DNA of 60,650 bases, filler included, from Rhabdomonas costata (GCA_019059605.1; 17 parts of 17 records of this genome joined end to end with filler, not necessarily neighbours in it); one strand, 5' to 3'. Positions 1 through 12,918 are shown, numbered from the whole stretch's first letter. Translations and numbers: made by a program. The notes: generated by a model from the sequence alone, not told the origin.

Positions 1-1350
1 GGTGGGGGTGTGGTGTGGCTTCCTCTCGGTACGTCGCTGATGACAAGGGCGTCGAGTTAGGCCTTTCTTCTTCAGTCTTGCCACCAATCCAACGCATGGT
101 TCATACTAATTGAGATAACAACTCCAACTCAGCAGAAGCGAGAATTTGGCCGCTCTCAACGTCTATTTTTCCTCTTTTTTTATTCGTCCTCATGCCACCG
201 CCACAATCGCGCAAATCTGTTGTCGCCTAAAAAACCCCGATCATTACGACTTGTTGGTAGCTTCGAGGAAGTGGGTAGGATAGGAAAGTGTCCCGGGCGC
301 ACAGAGTTCCGTAAAAAGGTTCGCGTTTAGCGGCGATGGCATGCATGCATATTATTATGCTTTCAAACACCGGTATACCCAGGTTCTTTCCACCTTCCTT
401 TTCGCGTTGTTTTCCGCCATTGAACCGTGTGCAAAACCGCCGCGTATTTACCTTTGTTAACAATTCCAAAGGCTGGGTGGGCCGAAATGAAAATTCAAAC
501 ATTTATTTCCAGGTGCCCAGGGGCGCAGAAAGCATCGAACTGAGGCGCGTGAAGCGTAAAATGCCCGCCCAAAGTGGCCAGTTTTTAGATGGCTAAAAAT
601 ACCAATTTTCCTCGCCTACTCCTCCGGGTAGAGCCCTTTCAAAACAAATACCCGTTCACCCTTTTGGAATGTCCAAAAAGGGGACGTTATGTTCTGAAGG
701 TGCGCAATTGGTTGGCAATTTCATGGTTTCAACGTAGCATCTGGCTTCAACAGAGAAAAGTGGGCAACCGGATACTTGCCCACCCTACCATAATATTATG
801 TTGCCCGGAAGCATTTTTATGCAGGATGGCCTTTCCAGCGCGGAGGGAAAACACCCGGCCGACCTCCACTGGTTCCATTTAAAGTCTCCACCTGCGGGTT
901 TTACTCTGCACGTGGCCCGGGTTACGTCGTGGTAGGTGGTACTATGGCGCGTATTTTTGACTTCTCAACCGGGGGGTTTTTGGCTTAGGTTTCGAGGTTG
1001 GGTTTTATTTTCTTCTGAAAGCCATGCTTTCTTTTGAAGCTCCGAATATGTACTAAGTGGGTGGATCTTGTGTCCTTTGCCATTTTTTTTGCGTCAGTAT
1101 TTGTTGTTGTGCGTGTTCTACGGTTTCCGCCCACTTGGCGGTGATGAGTGGGGACTCACTCCGGTATTATGGTATGGATGCGTTGCGGTGGTAAGCTTGC
1201 GCGTGTATTGGGGTTCATGGTTTCCTTGTTAGGGTTTAAGTTTCGGCCTTCGGTTCGTGTCTTCGCCATGCTGGCTTCATGTAGCGGTGCCTGTCGTCGT
1301 TGTATTGGGCATTAGGTTCGGAATTCTGAATTCGGATTCGGCATTTGTGG

Positions 1351-1374
1351 TTCGGGGTTCGGGGTTCGGGGTTC
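1351..1374 (+). repeat. Short tandem heptamer (GGGGTTC)x3 inside a G/T-skewed region
   Basis: ttcggggttcggggttcggggttc read directly. Confidence 0.75.
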
Positions 1375-2640
1375 AAATTCGCTTCTCTGGACATGAAAGT
1401 AGGACTGGGGCTTGGGTTCGCTTCTATGAATATGATTTTGGAACCGTTTTTCCGGTGTCGAGTTAAGCTTTTTGGTTTATGGTTCGCGTTTCTTGCCCAC
1501 GGGGCAGTTGTGCTGTTGAGGTTCATGGTTCATGATTCTCGCATGGCTCGGGGTCCTGTTTAGGACTTATGTCTTCGGGATCGGCCTTTGGGTTGCTGGC
1601 TTCGGGTAGCGGTGCCCATTGTTGTGTGGTTGGGCCATCGCTTTCTGGGTTATGTCTCCAGCTTTGCGTTGTTATCCTGGTCTCCTTCGCTACGATGGTT
1701 CCTTTTTCTGTGCCAATTCGTGCTTCTGTGTTTTTGGTGTGGGTTTGTGTGGTGTCATTGTCCTTATTGGTCTTGGTCCCTCTGTTGCCTTGTTGTTCGG
1801 GGTTGGCGCGCAAGTGTAGGGTGCGGTGTCGGGTTCTGGTTTTGGCCACATGGCTTTCGTTGTGTTTCTGGGTTCCCCCGCTGTGGTTTATTCTTCATTT
1901 TTGGACGTACGTGCTTCTTGGTTGCTTGCGTTAGTTGTTGTAAGTTTCTTGGGTCTTAGGTTAGTGGTTTTGTGGTTTGGTCTTTGCGTTGGTGGTGCTG
2001 TGTAGGACTTGAGTGTCGGGTTGGGTGTCCGATTGTACTGAGTTTTGGGACGGATACTATGGGTGTGTTGGTGGAATCTTGCTCTGGTGGTGATTTTTTA
2101 TGGTTGGGTGCAAATGGTGTAGATGGTGCTTTGGGTATTTGCGGTGTATGGGTAGATTTTGGCGACGTACTGGGTTAGTGTTCCGCTTCGAATTCCGCAT
2201 TATTTGGGGATGTAATAGAGTGAGGGAGTGACACCGATGCCTAAGGGTAACGCTAAGGGTAAAGGTACGCATTCCACCACCACCGCTACATCATCCATGG
2301 AGTAGAGAGGAAGGGATGGCTGTAGATGCTGATGCTAAGGCTGATGCAAGACTGATGTCGATGCTGATGCTACGGTAGATGCCACTACACCATGCTAATC
2401 CTCTGTGTGGCTATCCTGCTTTAAGGAAGCAGCGTAAGAGATAGCGTAAGAGAGTGGAGGGGTGGATGAAGGGCCCGAACGAGAAGCGTGAGTGACCGAC
2501 CGACACGTTAAGCCATGTATCAACGATGGGGATACAATGCATAGAGTGTAAGCGTAAAGGCCCCGCAGGGACAGAGGGTGCGATTCAGTCTTCACATTCG
2601 ACACTCGCGATTCTCGTGTCTCCTGTTCCTCTTTCTGTCA

Positions 2641-2914
2641 CTCTGTCGGTAGTCGCTACGCTCCTCCCTCCTGGTCAACATTCAATGTCACTCACTGCGT
2701 TTGTTCGTATTCATGTATCCAGTTGGTGTCCTGGTCGTCGTCACTCACTACGTTCATTCCTCCTCCTGACGTCACACTCGGCTCTCACTGCGTTCGTGCC
2801 TCCTGTTCCTCTGCGTGTATTGTAAAGGGTTGTATTCTGTCGGTCGTCACTGCGTTCCTCCCTCCTAGTCGACATTCGTTCTCACTCACTGCGTTCGTTC
2901 GCATTCATGTCTCC
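2641..2914 (+). repeat. Degenerate direct duplication of about 80 bp
   Basis: 2641-2720 (ctctgtcggtagtcgctacgctcctccctcctggtcaacattc...ctcactgcgtttgttcgtattcatgtatcc) matches about 2835-2914 (ttctgtcggtcgtcactgcgttcctccctcctagtcgacattc...ctcactgcgttcgttcgcattcatgtctcc). Confidence 0.7.
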
Positions 2915-3475
2915 ACGGTCGTCACATTTGTTCACTCTGCGCTCGTACTCATGCTCCTCTATCCCCATGTACTCTCACTGCGTTTGTGTCCATGGGGCCC
3001 CTTCTTGTCTTTGCTGGTCGTGAGGTCGCTGCGCTCCCTCACTCCATAGATGTGATGGTTCAGTCGCCCCCCGCTACGCGGTACGCTCCTTCACCTACTC
3101 CATACGGTCGTGTCTTTCTTCACTCCACACTCATACTCGCTATGCTCGTATGGTGGTGGCGTGACGACAGGTAAGAGTGGTGCAAAGGATGCAATGTATC
3201 GTCCATGAGCCTTCATCTTCTACTCCGCTACGCTGCGTGACTCCTACGTCTTACTCCTGCTCCGCGATGGCCTTCGACCATCGCTACGTACCCTTCACCT
3301 CTTTTGTATTCATATTTGGCTATGCCCGGACGGAGCACTCGATAGGACGTGAGAGTGTATAGGTGATGCTACTACGCATGATGCCCCTTAGGTGAGATCA
3401 TGCTACGTGTTCTTGCTTCCTACTCGCCCCGCTCGTGACAGATACCCCAATCATAATCCTTACCTCCCCAAACCC

Positions 3476-3575
3476 NNNNNNNNNNNNNNNNNNNNNNNNN
3501 NNNNNNNNNNNNNNNNNNNTTAATTAATTAANNNNNNNNNNNNNNNNNNNNNNNNNNNNNNNNNNNNNNNNNNNN
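3476..3575. other. Artificial contig-joining linker N44-TTAATTAATTAA-N44 (first of 16)
   Basis: Identical 100-nt linkers, with stops in all six frames, start at 3476, 7049, 10626, 14197, 17794, 21358, 24927, 28496, 32064, 35641, 39209, 42827, 46395, 49960, 53524 and 57091. Contigs between them are all about 3.46-3.52 kb, so adjacency across a linker has no biological meaning. Confidence 0.98.
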
Positions 3576-5631
3576 CCCAATCCTGCACAGCAGGGATCCG
3601 CACCGCCAGCCTTATGTTCAACAAAGAAGTGCGGGTGTGCAGTTCAGCAGCTCACAACCGCACGTTGAATGCCAGCAGGTTGCTTCCATCATTTCGACGC
3701 ACAGCGGAAGGCCAATTAGCGTCCAGCGCCCAGAACTACACGGTACTTACCACACAGATATTGATCGTTCCATAGACCAACGGTGGAAACCACAGGGACC
3801 GCTGATGCACGGCTGTTGGAGACACCCAGCGCCCAAACCGCATGTGAGTGGTGGCGCGAAGCCATCAGTTCCAACACATACGCATGGGACTCCTGGGGAT
3901 GCACTGGGTGGAATGCACATGCCTGTCATCCTCTGAAGGGAAACTGTGCCTAAGGCCTAGGACGCCAGTACGTTTTTGCGGACCAGGGATGCTGCTGCCA
4001 CAGCAGTTCCAGCCGGGAAGCTGCGGAACCGTCTCCACCGGTTCGTCACCCACTTTTTTGGGCGGCTACCCGGGTGACTTGGCATTGGTCGTAAGGATCA
4101 TGCTAATGTTGGGATGCAGTTCGATTAGGCTGCCGCGGTGGCTTTTTGTGGGCTGCTGCTGGAGGCTCCGAGCAGCACATTTACCGAGAAGCCACTGGTT
4201 GCCCACGGCTGCGATCTCTGATGGCGCGACATTACTGCAATACCACCGAACGCGTCACTTGTGTAACACCGCTCCGCTGCGCCGCGATTATTCTTCCTCC
4301 GTGCTGGAAAGTGCGTAAAGTTCCAGCTTCTTGGCTTGCAACAAGAGCCATCTCAGGTCACAAGATTCCCACATGAACTGGCCATTATGGACAACAGTAT
4401 GACTAGAGCTGCTGCGTTGCGTGCACTCATAGCAGCCATGCCACGACACACAAAATACTAACTCCTCAGCCGCAACTCCCAGGCTCTGATACTGCCCCAC
4501 CAGTGGAAGCCCACGCCACCCGTAATACTGTAGCTGCGTGGTTACTGCTCATGCTGCTGTCATTATATGTCTCCACGCACAGGAAAGAAAACTGTCTAGT
4601 GCAGTTACCAAACCGGGACATGAAAATGAATCGATCACAGGCTATCTTTATAGTGGTGGGTACTCTTGAGTTTCCACAAAGGTTGCTTTAAACTATGTGG
4701 TGCGGTATGCACAAGGCGTTGCTTCAAATTTGTGTATCTGCACTAAACTGCAAAAGCTAGCAATTGAGAAAGTGAGCTCTTTTGTGTCAAACGTTGTCCC
4801 AAAGCGTTCATCGTGTGCCTGAGCAACCACAATTGCCATATTTGGCTTATACAAAGCAGATTATTTTGTAATCTGTGCTACATATAACAAAATTTGCCAT
4901 CATCAAAGTGAAACCACAACACATTCTACAGTTATAATTCAGCAGCTTACAGATTCACCAGTGAACACAAATAATTCTACTTGTAACCGCTCGTGTGTTC
5001 CTCAGATTAAATCTGTGGAAAATGGAAGAGCGTACATGTCAAATTACATCCACGCTGATAATTTTGGTGATTGTTTTACACCAAGCTCAGACTAGGCTGC
5101 AGCTGTATACACTAAATATAAATTATTGTAATTGACATTGCCACACGAGCTGCATAAATCTACTGAATAATCTACGGCTATCAATATTGGCAAACAACGT
5201 GGTTTCATGACACCTGGCCAATAATTTAAGTGCATCCGCTGTGAGATAGGAAGTTTTGGTATCGCTCTTTCAGCAATCTCTGACAATTTGGAACCAGATA
5301 TATGAGTTTCAAAGTTGCAAAGTCTGTATTTTTCCTCAACGCAAATGTGCAGCGAACTAGTCTTTAGCTGCAGACTCTAGCTCATCGAGCTTTTATTTTC
5401 CCTTTCTGGTACAAAACTGTATCAACTCAACAGTTCTTTTGTTTTACGGTAAGTTCGCATCCACGACTATTCCAGTTGACTTGTTGATTTACACATATAT
5501 AGTGTTTTGTATATAATATATATTAAAGGCGCTGAAGTTATTCCTTCTCAGTTACTTTCGCTTTTTTGCATCTAGCAAGCAAAACAAATTAGTTTCTCTT
5601 TTCTCCAATGCTGTTAGGTTAGGTTCACTTT

Positions 5632-5670
5632 GGTGTTAGGTGTTAGGTGTTAGGTGTTAGGTGTTAGGTT
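5632..5670 (+). repeat. Telomere-like heptamer array (GGTGTTA)x5
   Basis: Five exact copies, preceded by gttaggttaggttcact and ending in gttaggttcact. Confidence 0.9.
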
Positions 5671-6146
5671 CACTATCTAGAATGGTGCAAAATAACATGT
5701 GGAATTTATGAATCTCTGGAAGCAGTTTAAATCGGTGCATTGTAATGGCAAAAATGCTTGCATAAGTTAAGTGTGCCAACGTTTTTGTTATGCGTATATT
5801 TTATGACATTTGTTTATTCAATACAGTTATTAAAAACAGCCGGAAAATAATCGGTAACAATTTCTCCTTTCACTTTCGCCGCCGCCGGATCCCCAGGCGT
5901 CTTCAACATTCTCTTTGATAGCCCGTCTCATTCTTTCAACCTTTTTTGAACTGCTTGATAAAATTATTTGTCAATTTTGAGCGCAAAAGCGATCAATTCA
6001 AGCGAGGTGACCAGTTGTCAGAAACAAATAAAGTAGTAGTTCTCTTTGGCTTGCGTACAGAAACCGCTAGAATACCAATAATTAAGGACGCATTGTTACA
6101 TTCGAACGAACGACGGAACAAACTCCACTTATGCTGAGCCCTGACG

Positions 6147-6928
6147 ATGCCGCCGACTTGCACACCCACGTCGACTCCCACATCCACACCTTCGGCGACT
6201 CCCACGCCAACGCCCACACTAACATTGACCCCAACTTCATCTCCAACCCCTACGCCGACATCTACCCCAACATCGAGCCCGACTCCAACACCGACCTCCT
6301 CACCTACGTCGACTCCCACTAGCACTCCGACATCCACTCCAACACCCACACCGACGTCTACGCCAACTGCGTCACCAACTCCCACTCCAACCGCGACACA
6401 CACGCCCACACCGACACCGTCGCAGACTCCGACTTCCACCCCATCTTCGTCTCCCACGCCGACACCCACATCCTCTGCAACGCCCACACCTACGCCTACT
6501 AGTACGCCCTCGACGACACCCACAGCCACTCCAACTCCAACTCCAACCAGTTCTCCGACCTCCACCCCATCGCCTTCTCCCACATCGACTCCTACGTCTT
6601 CACCGACGCCAACTCCCACGCCGACCCCAACACCAACCCCCACAAAAACGCCAACCCTAACTCCATCTCGCTCGTCCAGTGATTCCCTGTCAACCACTTT
6701 TTCACTTAGCCCTTCATTCGCTCTCTCCTCTTCCCTTTCACACAGCTCAACCGTGTCTTCCTCTCTTACTCTAAGCTCCACGGTGTTTCCTTCGACGTCT
6801 CTGTCCATTAGCGAGACTGTCAGCACCAGCATGAGCTCCTCGATGACAAGCACCCCTACTTTGACATACACCCCTGTCCCGGATCAGGACCAGCCCGAGC
6901 CAGTACCCCTGCTTCTGATCCGCACAGG
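6147..6928 (+). CDS. Pro/Thr/Ser-rich mucin-like exon (partial gene)
   Basis: Open frame of PTPTPTS repeats with varied synonymous codons, so the repeat is kept at protein level. A Ser/Thr stalk follows. Likely GT donor (ACAG|gtgtgt) near 6929. True start is uncertain. Confidence 0.6.
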
Positions 6929-7984
6929 TGTGTTTTTGTCTTCCCCTCCCTCCAATCATACTCGAGGTTGATGTTTCCCTTCTGGTCCCTGTCACACATA
7001 ACTTTCCGCTGAAACCGGAGTGCTTCGATAAATAAGTGCCCAAAACCCNNNNNNNNNNNNNNNNNNNNNNNNNNNNNNNNNNNNNNNNNNNNTTAATTAA
7101 TTAANNNNNNNNNNNNNNNNNNNNNNNNNNNNNNNNNNNNNNNNNNNNGTGGTTGTTTATAGAAAAGCGCACAGACCGCATGAACTCTTGAAAAGGGGCA
7201 CGTATTTCTCCATCGCTGTCTTTTCAAGAGTTCATGCGGTCTGTGCGCTTTTCTACAAACGAACAACGTCGGCTCCCGTGAAGCTTAGGAGAGACCCCCT
7301 ATCAAAAGTGACGCACATTACTTCCAACTTTCCATTTGGACATCGTGAGCATGGAAAATTACCACTCTCTTCGTGGAAAAGTACCACTCTCTTCAAGGCA
7401 TTTTCTAAGCACAATCCACAGCACAGGGTGAAAAGAAAACACGTAGCACGCACGATAAAGACTCAACGTGCACTCATAGGGCAGCAGCAGCAGGTATCGA
7501 TGCGGCATGCAGAAACTCCGAATCAGCACGCACCCCAACTGTGAGCTTTTAGGTGTGTAACTAATTCTGGTAATGTTTTGCAACAAGTCTCAGGCTATTC
7601 TGGGCCCCTGCTTTATCAACGTTTACTCCATGCCTCCCCTCCCCCGTGTCTGGGGCGCCTAGCGTGGCGAGGTGCAAGAATGAGGGGGGGGGGGGGGAAT
7701 GGGTGAGGTTTTCCTTTGATAGTTGGGGCGGTTGGCCTGGAGCATTGCGAATTGCGAGACCGTTTCATGAGTTTTGAAAGAATTAGAAAATCATGGCCAA
7801 GCCCCTCTAGGCACTGTAGCTACTTTCCTGCTCTGGATGTGGGATTGGCTTGGGATTGTCAATTGCGCTTTCAGTAGACTTTGAAGGGGGACCGGGCCGC
7901 AGGACCACCAGTCCTTTGCAGGGCCCCATAGGAACGTGGGACACCGTCGTATTTCTTCGCGCACACCCCAACCTGACGCCTCAG

Positions 7985-8836
7985 GTTACTGCTGAGGACG
8001 TGGCCAAGCACAACACGAAGGAAGACTGCTGGGTAATCATTCAGGGCAAGGTGTACGACATGTCGAAGTTTATTGACAAGCACCCAGGTTGAAGTTCTGC
8101 CAGCTTCCACCCACGTTAAGCTCCCGTCATATCGCCTGCACTCCTCCCCTATACGCTACTTTGTTTTGCATCACTTGTTCCTCTTTTTAGCAATCTGGAG
8201 AATCCTTCGATTTCAGGCCGGGCAATGGGATTGCGTTGCACAGCGATCCCACTTTTTTTTGCTTGCTTCACATGAAATTGCAGCCTCCCCCTCAGGACTC
8301 CAAACGCCTCATCTTATCACTGCGGAGCGATGAGCTTCCACATCCCATCGAGTTTTGTTCGCCTTGGGACTTCCCCTATTGTGGGAAACCAGCTAAACTC
8401 GGTCGTTCTTTAAAATATGGGAGGTCCTGGACCCCATCAATCGGGAGACGGTCGGGTGCACCGCAGCGTTTTTTGTTTTTGCGTTGTTCGCCTTCAGTCA
8501 TGCATCGTCCGTAAACTTTTGCCGTCAATCGTCTGTCGGTCCCACCGATGATAACACACGCTGCTCCTCCGTTTCTCCGAAGAAAGTGACGAGTCCGTGT
8601 TTAGTTGTTGTCTGACGAAGATCAACGCTGTAAACCGATCCGATCCCGTGGGACGGACCCACAACCCCAGCGGAGGGTCGAGAGAGCCGCACGAACCACG
8701 AGCGGCGGGCGGCTTCCTTTTTTTGTGGGGTTGGCTGACGCAGGCGGGGTGAACGCGATTTTGGGGAGTGCGGGAAAGGACGGCACCACGATTTTCCTGG
8801 AGAAGCACGGCGCCATCCAGAAGATGATGCTGAAGG
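7985..8836 (+). CDS. Cytochrome b5-like heme-binding domain protein (partial; exons 7985-8087, 8744-8836)
   Basis: Spliced translation [57 protein letters not shown] contains the HPGG motif and the second heme His. The GT-AG intron is phase-compatible. Confidence 0.93.
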
Positions 8837-8886
8837 GTAAGGCGGTGGCCGTACTCGCTGCATAAGCCCGCAAACGATTCTCCTGC

Positions 8887-8912
8887 GAAAAGAAAAGAAA
8901 AGAAAAGAAAAG
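8887..8912 (+). repeat. (GAAAA)n microsatellite
   Basis: gaaaagaaaagaaaagaaaagaaaag read directly. Confidence 0.85.
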
Positions 8913-11900
8913 GGAGAAATCATTCGGGAGCTGAACACCTCGTTCCCGTTCCCTTTCTTCCCCTTTGCTGTGTTTTTCCTTCCGCTGTGTTTCGATATGG
9001 CAGTGATTTCACTCTTTCACAGGGAGTGCGCTGGAAGGTCTAAAGACACAAGGGGGTCACATGGGAAGGGGATACCTTTAAATCTGTTCAACATTAATTG
9101 CGTTTTGCACTTTTTTAATTACAGCAGATGACCACCACGAAAATTGCATCTCCTTGGACTAGAAAACAGTGCTAAATGCGGAGGCTAACTCCGGGGCTTG
9201 GCTGCAGCCATCCTTTGTTTTTTTTTGATGGGCAACTCCCTGCCTTTCCAGACACCCCCCCCCCCTCAAGCGAATCGGATATCTAGTATAAATAAAAGAA
9301 CAGCCTTCGGGTGGGTGTATTACACTCATGGTGCCTTTTTGCGCGATAGCCCATCACCACAGGGCAAGCAGAACAGCTGCCGAAGTGGGCTGTGCTTAGG
9401 TACACCCCAGGACCAAAGGTTGGCTTTGGTTGTGCTGAAGTGGCGATCACAGCAAATGGCTGTTCGGTTGGCGGGCTTCCGCTCAAAGCGTTATTTTTGC
9501 ACTTGCCTTCGCTCTTCAATGTGACTGCACTGATCAGGTATATTTTTTCCATCTGAAAAAATGCACTACAATCGATACCTTGCAGGCATGCAATACCGGT
9601 TCACATTGTCAACAAGTGCATGCAATCGTGAATACGTATCAGCGATAGCTTATTATAGCTTATATCATATATATATTATAGCTTATTATCACCAAACTGT
9701 CTATAGCGAAATCGCGATTGCGGGTGCGCACCCTGTGAGCCCACCCCCATCCCACCCCTTTGTGTTGTTTCCCTTCACGCTTTTGGCACCGATTGAAAGT
9801 CTCGGTGGTGTTATGGGCACACCCTGTCACCTCTGCGTGACACTTAGTGACCATATATGTGGGTATTATTCCTCCCTGGTTGGCTGCCCTGCCGCCCAAC
9901 CACCACTTTTTCTTTCTTTCTTGACTTCCAAGTTGATCTGTGCCCCTCCTTACCCTAAGGTTTCTTCCATTGCAGAGGCCACGGGAACCGCAGCGGCTGT
10001 ACAGCGATGCGTGCCTCTCTTTTTCCGCTGTTGACTGTTCTTCTCTTCATTCTCTGATCCCACTTAGCACGAACCTTTTTGCCGAGCCCAGCTGCTTGTA
10101 CTGTGTTGTATGTGCGTGTGATGTTTACTTGGCTCCTGCTGGATTCCCTTTTTGCAGCACAGCAAGAGAAGAAGTCCGAACTGGCTGACTGGTCCCTGCA
10201 GGTCTCCACGATAGAAAACGATCGGGCCATCGGGGGAGATTAGGGGTAATTTTTTTTGCAAGGGTTGTTATATTTCAGACTTCGGCAACCCGAACTCGCA
10301 AGACCTGCTTGTCTCTCTTATTTCTCACGAGCGCGCGCATCTGATTTGAGACTCGAGAGTCAACTCCTCTTTAAAAAGGATTGGATGTGTCTCTCGATCT
10401 CACGAGCACACAACCACACAATTATATTTAACGTCAGGGGGATCAGCGGACGTTGCTGGTCATGTACAGGGTCCGAATTCGGGAGGAGCCCAATTACTGG
10501 CCTTCAGCCTAGCGTCTTGAAACCGATTGGTCCTCATAAGGGAGCTCGAAAATGGGAGAGAAGGGCTCGGAATGGCAGCACGTTTCCGGTGTTGTCCAGC
10601 GTTTTTTCTTTCCACACCCCCCCACNNNNNNNNNNNNNNNNNNNNNNNNNNNNNNNNNNNNNNNNNNNNTTAATTAATTAANNNNNNNNNNNNNNNNNNN
10701 NNNNNNNNNNNNNNNNNNNNNNNNNGTTGTGGTTGTGCTAATGCAATTGAAGGAAACTATTAATTTTGATGCGCATCTTTCGTCACAGTTTTGACTGTTT
10801 AATGTCTGCATGGGAAACTCTCACTTTTGAGATATAAACAATGTAGTAAAAAGAAAAAATATTCCAAAAATTTATAGAATATTATCGTGTCAAGATTGGA
10901 TGACAGCAGTGGAGGTTCACAGATTTCTTTTGGAATGGGAAATTGGAAAGGAAAGAGGGATGGCTGAGCAGGACACCAACCTCCTCTGAAACGAGTCCAT
11001 CTGGGTTGGTGGAACGGCTGAACATCGTGCAAAACTGCCCCAGCAAGTCCTGAGCAAATTCGGAAGAAGGGTGCAAAAGAAGGGTGCTTTCAACGATAAT
11101 TTCGAGCATGCCGTGGGTCAGCTCTCTTCGTTTCTGATCGCATCACGGCTCATCAGTTCGGCGGGGTTTTTGAGATCTTCTAAGTGTGTGTGTGGGGGTA
11201 CTTTCGGGGAGGCCACCTGTAGGAGGTTACCCCTGCTGTGAGGAGAGTATGAGTGAGTTTGGTGGGTCCGTTTCCAGCCAATTCCCTGACCCCTGGTCCC
11301 GCATTGCTGACCTGGCACGCCAGCAGAGCACCCAACCGACCCCCTCAACACCCGCACGACTCAACCTCTCCGTGGCTAGAAGCTTCAAGGGTCTGCCAAG
11401 ACAGAAGCCGTATTTCAGCTTCGGGTCGGTATCAGACTAAGACAGGTCTGTCAGACGAAGACAAGCTCAGTATTGAGAAGGAGCCATTTTGGCTTCGCCG
11501 TACAAGCACAGAAAGATGGCGGAAAGATGGAAAGGTGTGCAAGCTCGGTGGGCCTACCGCATCTTATCGCTGTTCACAGCAAAGCCACTGACAAAAAGTG
11601 CAGACTAAGTTGCTAAAATCCAGAACAAGAAGTGATTGTCCGACATACAAATGCGGTTTTTTTTGACTCGCAAGCATAAAAGCGTGTGACGAACAACGGA
11701 TTAGGCAGGTTCCAGGTTCCAGCTTGGCTGTCACACCCATTAAAGAAGGCGCGACCGCTCGAACTGAAAACCACAGATGCTTCGCATACAGAGGTACCGC
11801 CTGCCGAACCAACGACGAGACCACCGGACGACGTCGCGGGGCTCTTTGAGTATCCTTCTCCTTCAATGAACGGAATGCAATGTGCGAGGAATGTTCCGTC

Positions 11901-11944
11901 AAATCAGCCATCCAAAGGCAGTTTGTGTTGGTGCCCTGGGTAGA

Positions 11945-12918
11945 CTACTGCAGAGCACTGCAGATAACAGCAAGGTGGTCAGCTTTCCTAGGGTTGAAGC
12001 CGATCTTCGCAGGAATCACCTGGGACGTTCCACATCTTGGTAATGCTTGGTAATGCATTCATTCGTGTTTCTGTTCAGTGTCAAGAACACGCAGGAGTGC
12101 AGTTTGGATGCAAAGTCTCCTGCATCCAACAGTTCCATGTTCCTGTAACATGAGAAGCTAGCCACACACCTTCGCGGCCGTTCTTTTTTCAAGTACCCAA
12201 GGGTGTCCATCCGCGTTGTAGGAGCTCAGCAAAAGGTCCAGGCCTGAACAAATGAGGCAAAAGAAACACAGGAGCCGTCCAGGGGTGGCATCCGAAAAAG
12301 AAATTGCTAAGTCGCTGGGTGCGGGAAGAAGACCGAAAAAGAAAAAAGCACGGGCGAAGGAAAACGAGTAAAGCGGTGGGTCCAGGGTCCCCACGAGAAG
12401 GGATCATCGGCAAAAATTTCTTCATGGGGCCATACCAGGGCCGCCTTCCTTGCACAAAGGTTCTTTTGCTTTTTTTGTGCAATGTTTTGCACATATTTTG
12501 CAGCTTTAACCATGCCAATACGATAAGATAAAGGATAAGCAAAAAGATTAGCAGATCGGCTGCCATCTCAAAGTCACAACTACTGCAAAACAACTCAATA
12601 ATACTCACTTCTGGGAGGAAAAAACGGAAGGCAGCACATGGAAATTGTGGGAACCAAGGACCCCGCCACGCAGCGTTTCGGGAAGCCCATTAACAACAAA
12701 AGATCCAGAGCCTGCTTTGCTCACAGCATTTTGTTGTGTGTGGTGATGAAGCCTGCAACGTGTTTTTTTGAATAAATACAAGCCACCGTAAAAATTCAAG
12801 AAACCAAAGGGGACGCCAGCCCACACCCATACATACTGAGGCTTCCTGAGAGCCTGTCCGGAGAAAGCAGCTCGTATGCTCTGTTAACAGCGTCAAGACG
12901 AGGCCCCCGCAACGTGAG
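11945..12918 (-). CDS. Multi-exon hypothetical protein C-terminus, possibly a degenerate NDK-like domain
   Basis: About six phase-compatible GT-AG exons can be chained: LTLRGPRLDAVNRAYELLSP...LPETLRGGVLGSHNFHVLPSVFSSQKKAALVWP...FASKLHSCVFLTLNRNTNECITKHY...ICSALQ*. The first part loosely resembles the C-terminal half of nucleoside-diphosphate-kinase-like domains. Confidence 0.35.

Noticed and set aside
155-190. gtctattttt resembling a euglenid spliced-leader exon
   Set aside because: Only about 10 nt of low-complexity similarity, with no following GT donor or SL RNA structure.
1236-3362. Many Val/Leu/Cys-rich ORFs in contig 1
   Set aside because: By-products of A-poor, skewed composition with few stop codons; no motifs.
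3520-3531. Regularly spaced TTAATTAATTAA palindromes as a biological repeat or CRISPR-like array
   Set aside because: Always centred in 88 Ns; it is a synthetic six-frame stop linker.
5993-6871. 292-aa Val/Gly-repeat ORF on the minus strand
   Set aside because: Antisense shadow of the Pro/Thr-repeat frame.
8546-8617. Box C/D snoRNA-like layout in the b5 intron (GATGATA...CCGA...GTGACGA...CTGA) with gtccgtgttt complementary to a conserved LSU rRNA segment
   Set aside because: Box C is imperfect and the complementary stretch is 9 nt from box D rather than adjacent, so chance is plausible.
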